From contig NC_135910.1 in the NCBI RefSeq assembly GCF_964194155.1, positions 7,316,001-7,380,000 of the forward strand: 64,000 nucleotides of DNA, written 5' to 3'. Each line of letters opens with the position of its first letter. The first letter of the stretch is position 1. Positions 1-11,895 of the stretch are shown in pieces. The notes beneath the pieces were generated by a model. It did no database searches. It saw only the letters and a program-made list of their open reading frames with translations, and was not told where the DNA came from. The position numbers and the translations under genes were made by a program. Origin of the DNA: Cetorhinus maximus (lineage: Eukaryota).

Positions 1-656
1 CTTAGAGCAGCTCAGGTGCAAAACCAGAAGAACGCTGAAAGGAGTAACGCTTTCTTTACTCTCATTTTCTCAAACACTTTGGCTTACTAGTCACAGAAAG
101 ATTAGAGCCTTAAGATTGAAGTTGAGAATCATCCCATTGGATGAAGATTCATTTCCTAATTGGCCTTGGGAGGTGGGTTGCCATGGGGATGATCCAATGA
201 TGAGGGAGCACTCAGAGACAGAAGACCAAGTGATGAAACCTCCAGGGATACGCTTGACTGGAAGTTGGCAATCCCAAGTCTATGGGCCTGTGCTACTCAG
301 CTTCTATGCCGTTGAGGTACAGGCCTTATTAATACACGCTGTCAGTTCTTTGACGTCAATAGAAAGCCCACCACCGGCAGCCTCCCCCTCCACCCTCCCC
401 CCTCACCATGCTTCTTGAATGCAGCCATAATCCACCTGCATTTTTAACTGGCTGTTCTCCCATCCACCACAGACTTCATCCGATTCAAAAGCGCTTCCGA
501 TAACCCATTGTACACCAAGTCTTGTCCTCTGGCCTTGCTGCACTCATAATGCCTCAAAATCTTACGGCGCCACAAATTTAAAATTCTCATCTTTGCACTT
601 CAATCTTTTCATGGCCTTATCCTTCCTTATCTCAGTGTCATCCTTCAGCCTGACAA

Positions 657-2062
657 TGTGGAAAATTGCCCGGGTTTGACCTGTCCACATAAAGCAGGAC
701 AAATCCAACCCGGCCAATTACCACCCCATCAGTCTACTCTCGATCATCAGCAAAGTGATGGAAAGGATCGTCAAGGGACTTACTCAGCATTAACCTGCTC
801 ACTGACACTCAGTTTGGGTTCTGGCAGGGTCACTCAGCCCCTGATCTCATTACAGCCTTGCTCCAAACATGGACAAATGAGCTGAATTCCAAGAGGTGAG
901 GTGAGAATGACAGCTTTTGATGTCAAGGCAGCATTTGACCGAGGGTGGCATCAAGGAGCTCTGGCCAATGGGAATCAGGTAGAAAACTCTCCACTGGTTG
1001 GAGTCATACCTAGTACAAAGGAAGATGGTTGTGGTTGTTGGAGGTCAATCATCTCAGCTCCAGGACATCACTGCAGGAGTTCCTCAGGGTAGTGCCCTAG
1101 GCCCAGCCACCTTCAGCTGCTTCATCAATGACTTTACCTCCATCCAAAGGTCAGAAATGGGGATGTTCGCTGATGATGCACAAATGTCCAGCACCATTTG
1201 GCGACTCCTCAGATACTGAAGCAGTCTGTGTCCAAATGCAAGAATTTCTGGACAATATTCAGGCTTGGGCTGATAAGTGGAAAGTAACATTTGCACCACT
1301 CAAGTGCTAGACAGTGACCATCTCAAACAAGAGATGATCTATCCATACCCCTTTGACATTCAGTGGCATTACCATTGCTGAATTCCCCACTATCAACATC
1401 CTGGAGGGTTTAGCATTGACCAGAAACTGAACTGCACCAGCCATATAAATACTTTGGCTACAAGAGCAGTTCAGAGGCTGGGAATTCTGAGGAGAGTAAC
1501 TCACCTCCTGACTTCCCGAAGCCTGTTCACAATCTACAAGGCACAAGTCAGGAGTGTGATGGGATACTCTCCACTTGCCTGGATGAGTGCAACTCCAACA
1601 ACACTCAAGAGGCTCGACACTATCCGGGACGAATCAGCCTGCTTGATTGACACCCCATCCACCACCTTAAACATTAATTTTCTCCACCAGCGACACACAG
1701 TAGCAGCAGTGTGTGTACCATCTACAAGATGCACTGCAGAAACTCACCAAGGCTCCTTCGACAGCACCTTCCAAACACATAACCTCTACAATCTAGAAGG
1801 ACAGGGGCAGCAGATACATGGGAACACCAGCACCTGGAAGTTCCCCTCTAAACCACTCACCATCCTGACTTGGAAATATATCGCCGTTCCTTCACTGTCA
1901 CTGAATCAAAATTCTGGGACTCCCTCCCTAACAGCACTGTGGGTGTACCTACACCACATGGACTGCAGTGATTCAAGGAAGCAGCTCACCACCACCTTCT
2001 CAAGGGGCAATTAGGGATGGGAAACAAAGGCTGACCTTGCCAGTGATGGTCAAATCTCATGA
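657..2062 (+). mobile_element. CR1-clade LINE, 5'-truncated, decayed RT plus 3' tail
   Basis: Frameshifted RT motifs (FDVKAAFDR.WH, GVPQGSALGP, MFADD, IQAWADKW, YKAQVRS) and the 3' tail gggcaattagggatggg. Confidence 0.9.
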
Positions 2063-2074
2063 AATTATTAGAAA

Positions 2075-3375
2075 TTAACTGCTGAAAAGAGAGACATGTT
2101 GCCAAAGCTTACAGTCATCGGGACAAACACAAGAATGCCAAATTTCAAATGATCACAACAATTTATACTACAGGAGAAAAGGGTACTGATTGGTTGGCAA
2201 GTCAACTCTGATTGGCTGAGGCATTGCCATGGGGAAAGCAACGGGGAACTGTAGGCTTCCTAAGCTCCCGTGTAATTCAAAAAACACGCAAGACTTGAAC
2301 ATATTCCGAAACTGAAAGTACTGGAAAAACTCAGCAGGTCTGACGGCATCTGTGGAGAGAGAAACAGAGTTGGCGTTTCAAGTCCATATGACTTTTCAAC
2401 ATGTTCCTTTTGTTTGCAGAGAATAAATGCAAACAAAATGTATGTCACTACGAGCAAGCATAAATCAGCTTGACTGGCTATCTTAATTGGTTGCTTCCTT
2501 TTTATTCTTTCGTGTCGATGGCAAGGCCAGCATTTGTTGCCCATCACTAATTGCTTTTGATAGTGGCTTTTGCCAGCCATTTCAGATGGGCAGTTAAGAG
2601 TCAACCAAATTGCTATAGATTTGCAGTCACATGTAGTCCAGACCGGGTAAAGATGCCAGATTTTCCTCCCTAAAGGACATTAGTGAACCAGATGAGTTTT
2701 TACTACAGTCGAAGATTGTCACCATCAATGAGGCTAGCTTTCAATTCCAGGTTTTATTAATTGAATTTAAGTTCCACCAACTGCTGTGGTGGGGATTTGA
2801 ACCCATGTCTCCAGAGAACATTAGCCTGGCCTCTTGATTACTAGTCCAATGACTTTACTGCCAAGTCACCATCTCCCCCGGTTAGTGTAAATATTTGCAC
2901 ACTCAGGGTTGTTCAGTGAGTGCTCCCCAATTGCAGATTCACATCTAACAATAGACCTCTTGTTCTGGCTTTGACAAGCACGGGCTGGTTGAGTATGGTC
3001 TGTACTCTGCCGATTATGAAACAACCGAGGGAACATGCTGTTTGATTCAATCAGCCAATCGTTGCGATGTCCGGCTTACGTACCTGGCATCACGCTGGCA
3101 CTGAAATTCATACAGGACATTGCTCAACTGTGTGGAAGGCAGATCGTCATTTTGGACTGAGGGCAGCATCCTGTTAGTGTAAAATTCTATTCACCTAGCC
3201 ACTGAGTGTAGCAGCGGCTTCTTTAAGCTGTTATTCAAATTCTTGAGGTACTTTGCCTCCCCTGGGTAATATGAGGTAGACCGGGCATTTTTTCAGGTTC
3301 ATTTGCAAGTTTGCACGATACACAGCAAACAATGACCTGACCAGGATAACTATTCTCCTACAGACTAAAGGAAAA
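2075..3375 (-). mobile_element. Penelope-like element 3' part (GIY-YIG endonuclease region), interrupted by two short insertions
   Basis: Minus-strand translation gives CPVYLILP, SNVLYEFQCQRDARYVSRTSQRLAD..KQHVP, SAIGEH.LNNPECA and ILCKQKEHV, which are typical of Penelope GIY-YIG C-termini. Confidence 0.8.
2497..2878 (-). mobile_element. tRNA-derived SINE sharing its 3' tail with the CR1 family; nested in the Penelope relic
   Basis: Same family as 10017-10385 and 18068-18420 (head ggtgg..gtagt...ggactagtaatc, B box gggttcaaatccc). Confidence 0.8.
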
Positions 3376-4824
3376 GAACCAAGTTGCTCACACAAGCCCC
3401 CACCCCACAAACAACAATGTGACGATGACCAGAAGATCTATTTTGGTGATGTTAGTTGAGGTAAAAGGCTGGCCAGGACACCAGCTCTTCTTTGAAATAA
3501 TGCTGTGGCATCTTTAACAGCCAGCCGAAGGACAAATGGAGGTTTGGTCTAACATTTCATCCAGAAGATGGCACATCTGACAGTGCAGCACTCCCTCAGC
3601 ACGGGCATTGCAAGTGTCAGCCTAGATGTCACGCTGAAGTCTCTGCATTCATTAAATACATTCGTAAATGTAAATTTGACAGAGTTTAGTGAGGCAAAAA
3701 TATTTTTTTTCTCCCCCAAATTCAGTGAGGGGCAGGCGGAGTGGTTTTGAATCATTAATGAAAGATCTGGATAGTTTCTGTCTGTCCAAACTCTCCTCTG
3801 AAGGTTTCAACGATTGGGTGTATTTGTACAAATTAATTGGGTTCATTCGGTTTGATTCCGTCAGTGATTTCCTTCCACATTCTTCAAACACAAGAAATGA
3901 AGTGTTGGGTAATCCTTCCCATCACTTGGCCCAGGCTGATGCGGAAACAATGAAAGGCTTGGTCACCTCCAAACCACAGAGCTCTTCCCCGTAAGTCGCA
4001 GTTTCGCAACTCCTCCAATCTTGCAAGATGCACTTGGATGCGGCTCAGTGTTTACGACTGTCTCTCTCTCTCTCTCTGCCCTAATCGGTGGACAGTAAGC
4101 CTTCGGCCTAGCACTTCAGAGGGAGTGCTGCACTGTCAGAGGTGCCATCTTCTGGGCGAAACTTTGGATCGAGCCTCCATTTGTCCTTCAGCTGGCTTGT
4201 TGAATATGCCACGGTATTATTTCAAAGAGCAGGGGCAGTCTTGCCAGTGCCCTGGCCAACATTTCACCTCAACTTACATCACCAAAATAGATGATCTGGT
4301 CATTGTCACATTGTTTGTTGCGGGGGGTTTGTGTGAGCAACTTGGTTTTTTCTTTAGTCTGCGGGACAATAGTTATCCTGGTCAGGTCTTCATTCGCTGT
4401 GTATCGATCAAACACGCAAATGAGCCTGAAAAAAGGCCCGGTCTACCTCAAATTAACCAGGGAAGGCAAAGTATCTCAAGAATTTGAGGGATAAAAGTGA
4501 ACGGCCACGCAAAGCCACAAACCAGCCCCAGGCTAGTGGGTAGGAAGATGATGCAGATGAGAAACTTGTGGTTAGGTGATACCGAAGTTGGGTTGGAATC
4601 CCTGATGATTGTTGGTGGGGGTGGGGGGGAGCGGGGTGGGGTGGAGGGGGGTTGGGACCAAGGGAGGAAACCAATTCCATAGTTTTGAGCCCCCGGGAAA
4701 GGGGCCCCATGTCTAATTGCAGACAATGCATAGGGAATCGCAGACATCAGGATGGTTAACAGACCGATCCCAGCTTCATCCTGTCTGACCCACCTCACTG
4801 GCAGATTTAACTTAATTTGTGTGA

Positions 4825-5047
4825 AAGCAAAACACTGCAGATGCTGGAAATCTGACATAAAAACAGAAAATGCTGGAAAAACACAGCAGGTCTGGAAACA
4901 GAAACTGGAGTTAATGTTTTGAGTCGGTATGACTCTTTTTCAGAACTGAGCTCAGCTCTGAAGAAGGGTTATACGGACTCAAAACGTTAACTCCATTACC
5001 CTCTCCACAGACGCTGCCAGACCTGCTGAGTTTTTCCAGCATTTTCT
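4825..5047. mobile_element. Short palindromic non-autonomous element (two inverted copies of the gctggaaaaactcagcaggtctgg...ttcagaact unit)
   Basis: Arms are inverted about cagaactgag|ctcagctctg at 4950/4951. Related copies are at ~2310-2400, 13180-13280, 16933-17065 and 55660-56052. Confidence 0.75.
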
Positions 5048-6544
5048 AATTTAATTTATATTGTGCCTCACATATAGGACATAGACATATTAAGCACAAA
5101 GTGAATACCGATGTTTTGGGTACCCTTTCTTCATTTTCGAAGCTGCCCACCACCCCTGCAAAATGTGAGTAACTGCTCTATCCTCCCAACCTCTCTCCAA
5201 CCTCCTATTCTGCTCCAAAACCGTTGACTGTGTGGCTATCTCCCTGCACCTACTTCTCTCATCGAGGTGTCAGCTGTGGCTCAGTTCATAGCACCCTCAC
5301 CTTTGAATCAGAAGGTTGTGGGTTCATGTCCCACTCCCGGAAACCGAGAACTGTGAATGTACTCGAAAGAGTTACATGCGATCTGTTGATAACTCGAAAG
5401 AGTTACTTCTCTCATGGCTCAATGCTGACCTCCCTCCAATTAAGTTTCATCTCCCCACGCCCCCCCCATATCGTCATAACGGCCCTAACCAAAATGACAA
5501 ACGGCACCATCTGCAACTGACCAGAGTGTATTAACCTTCCTTGTCCTCTCTGACCTCTCTTCAGCCTCTGCGCCATCAGCCAAACCGTCCTCCTCCATGT
5601 CCAGAGCAGTCAGGCTGACCACACTTGGCTCTGCTGTGGCCTATTTGTAGAGTTACACGCTATTTACAGCACAGCGACGGGTCTGTGTCAGTAGTTGTGC
5701 TTCAGGCAAGCCTCTGGTCGCCTGACCTCATCCCACCCTGTTCCTTTCCGCTGATCCACAGCTATCACCTCTCCCTGACCGACCATGTCTGACATCTTCT
5801 GAGCTTTTATTTCTAACCAGGTTTAAACTGGCATCCATGAGCTAAGAGCAATGTAAATATTTTTTTTTTAAAAAAAAAGGACGGATTATGGAACCTTCCT
5901 TCACTTCAATGGGTCGTAACTCAAGAGTCCATTAGACGTTACTAAAAGGACAGCTTTTAGATAACATTACTATTTGTAGGTACAAGTGACTTCCTCCCAC
6001 TCAAACAGTGCTGCTGGCTAAATGCCCTGTTGCACCATGTGTAGGAGGAAAGCCCCCGCCCTGCACAACAGTGCAAAATTATATCAGTGCTACCGCACAC
6101 AGCTGAGGGCTATTTTTAAATCACGCTATTTTAACCCGCTCCTCAGCGAGGCTGAAGTGACAGGTCAATGAATTATTAGCAGAAGGGTTGCAGGTGTGAG
6201 GTAACACAGAACTACCGAGGCATCCAGAGGCAGTGCGCAACCAGGAAATGGAAAGATAACAGCCAGCAGAGTAACGTGACCCATTGTGATTTTCAAAAGG
6301 TTTTAACGCTGACGTGTGAGGGCGAGAAAAAGCAGCTCCATTCATTGTGAGGCACAACAACGACCTCAAAAGTCACCGTCCATCACATCAGCAGCCTGTA
6401 GCTGAAACGTGAATCCCCCGCGCGCGCTGACAGGGGGCTTTACTTCCCCATTTTCACCCGCCTTTTGTTTCGCCTGCTCCTTTGGGGGAAAGGAGGGCTG
6501 CGACCTGCACTGTTGTCGTCGTTGCAGCCCCTTCATTCCCACAC

Positions 6545-6990
6545 GAGCATACGAATTAGGAGCAGGAGTAGGCCATTCGGCCCCTCCAGCCTGCTCCGCC
6601 GTTCGATAAGATCATGGCTGATCTGATTCTGACCTCAATTCCACTGCCCTTCCGACTCCCTTGTCAATCAAGAATCTAATTCAGCTTTAAAAATATTCAA
6701 TGACCCTGCCCCTACCATTCTCTGGGGAAGAGAATTCCACAGACACTCAACCCTCGGAGAGAGACAAAATCCTCTTCATCTCCGTCTTAAATGGGTGACC
6801 CCTTCTTTTTAGACTGTGTCCCCTAGTTCTGGTCTCTCCCATAAGGGGGAATGTCCTTTCAGCATTCACCCTGTCAAGTCCCCTCACGATCTTATACATT
6901 TCAATAAGATCACCTCTCATTCTTCTCTCCAATGGATACAGGCCCAGCCTGTCCAACCTTTCCTCACAAGGTAACACCCACGATCCCAGT
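6545..6990 (-). mobile_element. CR1 (HER1-like) LINE 3' fragment
   Basis: ORF ERLDRLGLYPLE.RRMRGDLIE..K...TRGH; tail ...gggccgaatggcct. Confidence 0.9.
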
Positions 6991-8204
6991 ATCAGTCAAG
7001 TCCTGCAGTCCTCCAATCCCGGCCTCTTGTGCATTCGTCGCTCCCTGTGACCTATCACTGTCAGCCAAGCCCTCATCTCTGAAAATCCCTCTCGAAACCT
7101 CGCTATGTCTCCGCCTCTTTCTCTCCACCTTTAAGGTGCTTCTTAAAACTTAATGTCTTCAGCAAACTGTCTTAATATCTCCCATTTTGACTGGTCAGAT
7201 TCCTAGTGTTAACGACCGAGTATTATACACCCATATTTCATCTGTACTCTCTTCTAATGAGGCTCAAGCAAAATGAACGCTTATTAACCAGCAGGGTTAA
7301 GGCCATTGTTCTCTTTTTAGCTGCAAGTTCTGCTTCCTCCTTTGAAGGTTTTCAAACATGAATAGGCCACATGGAAATGATCAAGGGCAGTGTTATCACA
7401 AGCGTTTATTTTGAGTAACCCTCTTCTGATGATTTGGGGGAGATGGCATTAAATATTTTCAGGTGGAGTTTAGTCAGTTAGTTGGTTTTTGATGGGACCT
7501 CTGATTCCCATCAACCAAAACGTGATTTTTCATGAACTCTCACTGAATTGAAGGAACAGTGAACCAACTTTGAATCAGAGTTCTCAATCACAGACCTCCT
7601 TAGCTTGTGATTTTGTGGGGCACCGATACATACCAGGGAACGCCAGGGGCAAGTCAGGAGGGCACTCAGTAGAGCATGCCTCTGCCGCGCTGTGCTAATT
7701 CAACATTATTACAATCACGCGGCTCTTCCTCGAGGCTTTTTCCTCGCCTGCCCGCTGCTCTGCAACTACAAAGCTGAAAATAGAAATCTTTTTATTCAGA
7801 CCTCACTTCAGGCCAATCAACCTCCAACAACCTGCTCTGAAAACTCTGCTCACACTTTGACAGCTGTGACGAATTCCACCACAGCAGCTGAGGCCACCCA
7901 TAACATTCTAAGCCAGTCCACAACATTCTAAAAGAAATAGTCAATTCGCCCTATCTCCCAACATTAAAGGATCCTTTTGAAAAAAAATTCCAGGATCTGG
8001 ATTCAGATCTGTATCTTCACCAAAAACTAATCAGTTCTTCCTTGGGTCATACCTTATCTGTGCACCACGTGTTGTCAAAATCCATTATTTTTTAGATATA
8101 TTGTTTACAGGCAAACAAACTAACAAGGGTGAAAATATTATCTCTGCCCACCTTCAGTGACGGACATAACCAGGGGCACAGTTAAAATTCAAGCCTCCAT
8201 CAAT

Positions 8205-8630
8205 TTGAAAGACTTGCATTTATATAGCACTTATTATGACCACCGGAAGTCTCAAAGTACTTTACAGCCAAAGTATTTTGGAAGTGTAGTCACTGTTGTA
8301 ATGTAGGAAGCACGGCAACCAATTTATGCACAGCAAGATCCCATAAACAGCAATGTGGTAACGACCAGACAATCTGGTGTTGTGGTGTTGGTTGAGAGAT
8401 AAATATTGGTCAGGACACTGGGGCTAACTCCCCTGCTCTTCTTTGAAATAGTACATCCACCTGAGACAGCAGGTGAGACTTCGGTTTAACGTCTGATAGG
8501 TCACACCTCTGGTGGTACAACACGCCCTCAGTGCCAGCCTACACTTTTGCACTCGAGTCCCGGAGTGAGTCTTGAACCCAGAGCCACATGACTCAGAGGC
8601 GAGAGTGCTATCCGCTGAGCCATGGTTGAC
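8205..8630 (-). mobile_element. Deu-domain SINE (SacSINE1-like)
   Basis: tRNA-like head (ggctcag...gggttcaag), central gggatcttgctgtgc block and tail gctatataaatgcaagtc. Confidence 0.8.
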
Positions 8631-9554
8631 ACAGCAGGGGACCTCATGGACACTTCTCACAGGGATCCCCAGGAGACACAGTTACATACCGGAGAATCTT
8701 TACATTTTCTCAACCCATTGTGGGCAGGATCGCCAACCCCGTTGTCAACCAAGAGCCACACGAACACAAGATGAACAATTAGAGGATAGGGGTCAAGGTT
8801 GAGGGAAGCTGACTGCTTTTTCCACTCGCTAACCCAGGATGCGCTGATGCCCATTGTTTCAACCCTTCCATCACTTGGTCATCTGAGCGCTGGTGCGTTT
8901 TTCATCACCTATGGTTAAGTTCCAAATTGGGCAGAGCCTTTACCAATAGAAATTTGTTGTAAAGCTCTGCACTGATAATGATATCAAGGCTCGAGGTGGG
9001 GTCACAGCTTGAGAATATCACACCAGTGCTGATTTCCAAGAATATATATATCAGTGACCAGACTGAGTGCAAAATTACATCTGGTGTACAATCATGGCCT
9101 ACTTCTAGTAAACAGATGTAAAGTTAGCACTTATTAAGCTTCGGATATAAGTTAAAAATTCCTAGTGTCCAAATGTCTTCTTGTTCACTCCTATTGTCTA
9201 CAATCCATGATCCAATTCATAAAACGTTCCCCAATTTCCCCCCATTCCCAGCTTTTAATTCTCAGCTTTTTTCTTTGTCCATCTATAACTTCCTCTCTCT
9301 AGTCTGCATTGCCAACATGCGAATCTTACAGTTTCCTTCAATGCTCGCGATCCACATGAGCAATTGAAATATGGTCATGAGCAAATGGACCACTCTTGCG
9401 TACGATATTGTCACCTTTAATCGTTCTAGTCCTTGTCCCGACTGAATTGCGGAAGGAAAGGTTCAACAGGGCCATGGAAGAAGGGTTTGGTCCTTGACCC
9501 TAATTAACCAAAGCCTTTGCAATCAAGAGGAACACTTCTTGTGCACGGCACTGA

Positions 9555-9935
9555 TGGTTCCACAATCACTTTAGGAAGGATGAGAGGACTTTGGAGGGGG
9601 TTCGAGAGATAAGAGATTATCACTGTATGGATAGACTGGAGAAATTGGGGTTGTTCCCCTTAGAGAAGAGGAGGTTTGATAGAGGGGTTGACCCGCATGA
9701 AGCGTTTAGAGTAAACAAAGAGAATTGAAGGGTCGGTATTCGGAGGACACAGATTTAAGGTGATTGGCAAAAGACCCAGAGGCGACCAAGAGGAAAAACT
9801 GTTTTACACAGTGAGTGCAGAGATAGGGGGAAAAAGGTAGGATGGGATGAACTGAATTACTCTTCAAAAGAGCCAGCACAGCTTCGATGGGCTGAATGGC
9901 CTCCTTCAGTGCTGCACTACTCCATGATTCTATGA
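9555..9935 (+). mobile_element. CR1 (HER1-like) 3' fragment
   Basis: Decayed tttaggaaggatg..., ttttacacagtgagt and tail gatgggctgaatggcctcc. Confidence 0.8.
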
Positions 9936-10016
9936 TGCCAGTCACTGTGCAGGTTCAGAGATAGTCGCTGAGAATGAACAAGATAACAAGGCAGGATGGG
10001 TCACCCGTTGCTCAGT

Positions 10017-10385
10017 GGGAGAGATGGCGGTGTAGTGGTTATGTCACTGGACTGGTAATCCAGAGGCCCAGGGTAACGCACTGGGGAATATGAGTTCAAA
10101 TCCCACCACGGCAGCTGGTGAAATTTAAATTCAATTAATAAATCTGGGATATAAAGCCACTGTGAGTATTGGTGACCATGACAACTATCCTCAATTGTCA
10201 TAAAATCCCATCTGGTTCACATATATCCTTCAGTGAAGGAAATTTGCTGTCCTTACTTGGTCTGGCCTACATGTGACTCCAGACCCACATCAATATGTGG
10301 CTTGCTCCACTCAGTTCAAGGGCAATTAGGGATGGGCAACAGATGCTGGCCTTGCCAGTGACACCCACATCCTGTGAAAGAATAA
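10017..10385 (+). mobile_element. tRNA-derived SINE with CR1-like tail
   Basis: A/B boxes (tggcggtgtagtgg; gagttcaaatccc) and tail gggcaattagggatgggcaac. Confidence 0.85.
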
Positions 10386-10407
10386 ATAGGATAAATCTCA
10401 GAGACAC

Positions 10408-10820
10408 AGGGCTGTGGGCTCAAATCCAACTCTGGAAATTTGAGCTCCAAATCTCAGCTGCCGCTCCAATAGCACACTGAGGAGTGCTGCACTGTCAGAG
10501 GTGCCGTGTGATTTTGGTGAGATGTTAAGCTGATTCCCCATCTCAGGCGGATGTAGAAGATCCTGTGGCACTACTTCCGAGAAGAGCAACAAAATTTCTC
10601 CTTGCAGTGTCCTGGTCCTGGCCAATAATCATCCCTTAACCAACGTACACTTAAAATCAGGTTACCAGCTGCTTGTGGGAGCTTGCTGTGCACACACTGG
10701 CCGTCACATTTCCTATGTCGCAACAGCAACTGCATTTCCAAAGTGCTTGGCCGGCTGTGAAGCACTTTTGAGACGGCCCAAGGATGTGAAAGGCGCTATA
10801 GAAATGCAAGCCTCTCTTTA
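10408..10820 (+). mobile_element. Deu-domain SINE (SacSINE1-like)
   Basis: gagtgctgcactgtcagaggtgcc, gggagcttgctgtgc and tail ggcgctatagaaatgcaag. Confidence 0.8.
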
Positions 10821-11424
10821 TATCTCCTCGGCGTCATCTGTTCTAAAGCAATCAATCAATCAGTCTTTCACTGTGTCCACGTCAATAGGTGTGAAAGCGC
10901 CACACAGCTACGGATCTGTTATCCAGCGCAGCTCAGGACCAGCATGGACCATAACCTTCATAAGACTATTTTGATGGTTTTTTTAAACCTACGTTGTGTT
11001 TGCCCCTTCATTAAGATGCCGTGAGTTGGCATTAGACGATGGTTGAATTTCGGCACTCAGCACCCACCGTGCCCTTTGTTTCTCGAGCGGCACAACTCTG
11101 CGGAACATATATCTGTGCACCGGCGAAAATGCCATGTGTGCGGGGTCATAATGGGCCACTTTCACTGATCACCGTATACCCCCCGCCCCCTCTTGTGAAA
11201 TCATACACGGGCCACCTTCACCGGGGTGACAGTTCCATCCTTGCTTAAAGGTGGAATAATCTTTACTCAGGTCGCCGAGAACCTGCCGTCGACCTTGTAC
11301 AGGTTATCCACTCCCCGAGATATCGAATTGGTGTGGTTCTCAGCTATTGGCCTCAGTTTCCCTGGTCCGGGTGAGTCAAGTCACCGTTCCCGCAAGTGAG
11401 CGTCGTCAGTGGGGAGTAAAAAGT

Positions 11425-11895
11425 AGAGAAAGACTTGCATTTATATAGCGCTTGCCGTCCCCTCCCCCCGGTCGTCTCAAAGTGCCTCACAGGCAATGAA
11501 GTATTTTCCAAGCGCAGCCACTTTCGTACTGTAGGGAACACCGCAGCCAATTTGCGCACAGCAAGCTCCCACGAGCAGCAACAGGGCAACGACCAGCTAA
11601 TCTGTTTCTTGCGATGTTGACGGAGGGGAAACTATCGGTCAGGCTAACTCCCCAGCTCTTCTACAAAATTGTGCCGTGGGGTCTTTTTTTTACGTTCACC
11701 GGAGCAGGCAGATGGTGGGGAGGGGGAGGCCTCAGTTTTATCATCTTTTCTGGAAGGCAGGACTTCTGCCAGCGAAGCACTCCCTCAGCGCTGCACTGGA
11801 CCGTCAGCCAAGTCTTTTTTGTGCTCGAGCCTCGAGGTTTGAACCCAGAACCCTGTGATCCAGGGGAGAGTGCTTCCAACCGACCCAGGGCTAAC
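11425..11895 (-). mobile_element. Deu-domain SINE (SacSINE1-like)
   Basis: Reverse complement of the same family blocks. Confidence 0.8.

Noticed and set aside
3652-3994. ORFs on both strands in the spacer of the inverted repeat
   Set aside because: Non-ATG starts, no recognisable homology and no clear splice signals.
10020-10110. tRNA gene-like A/B boxes (also 5270-5340, 18070-18150, 31365-31430)
   Set aside because: These are SINE heads continuing into SINE bodies, with no complete cloverleaf.
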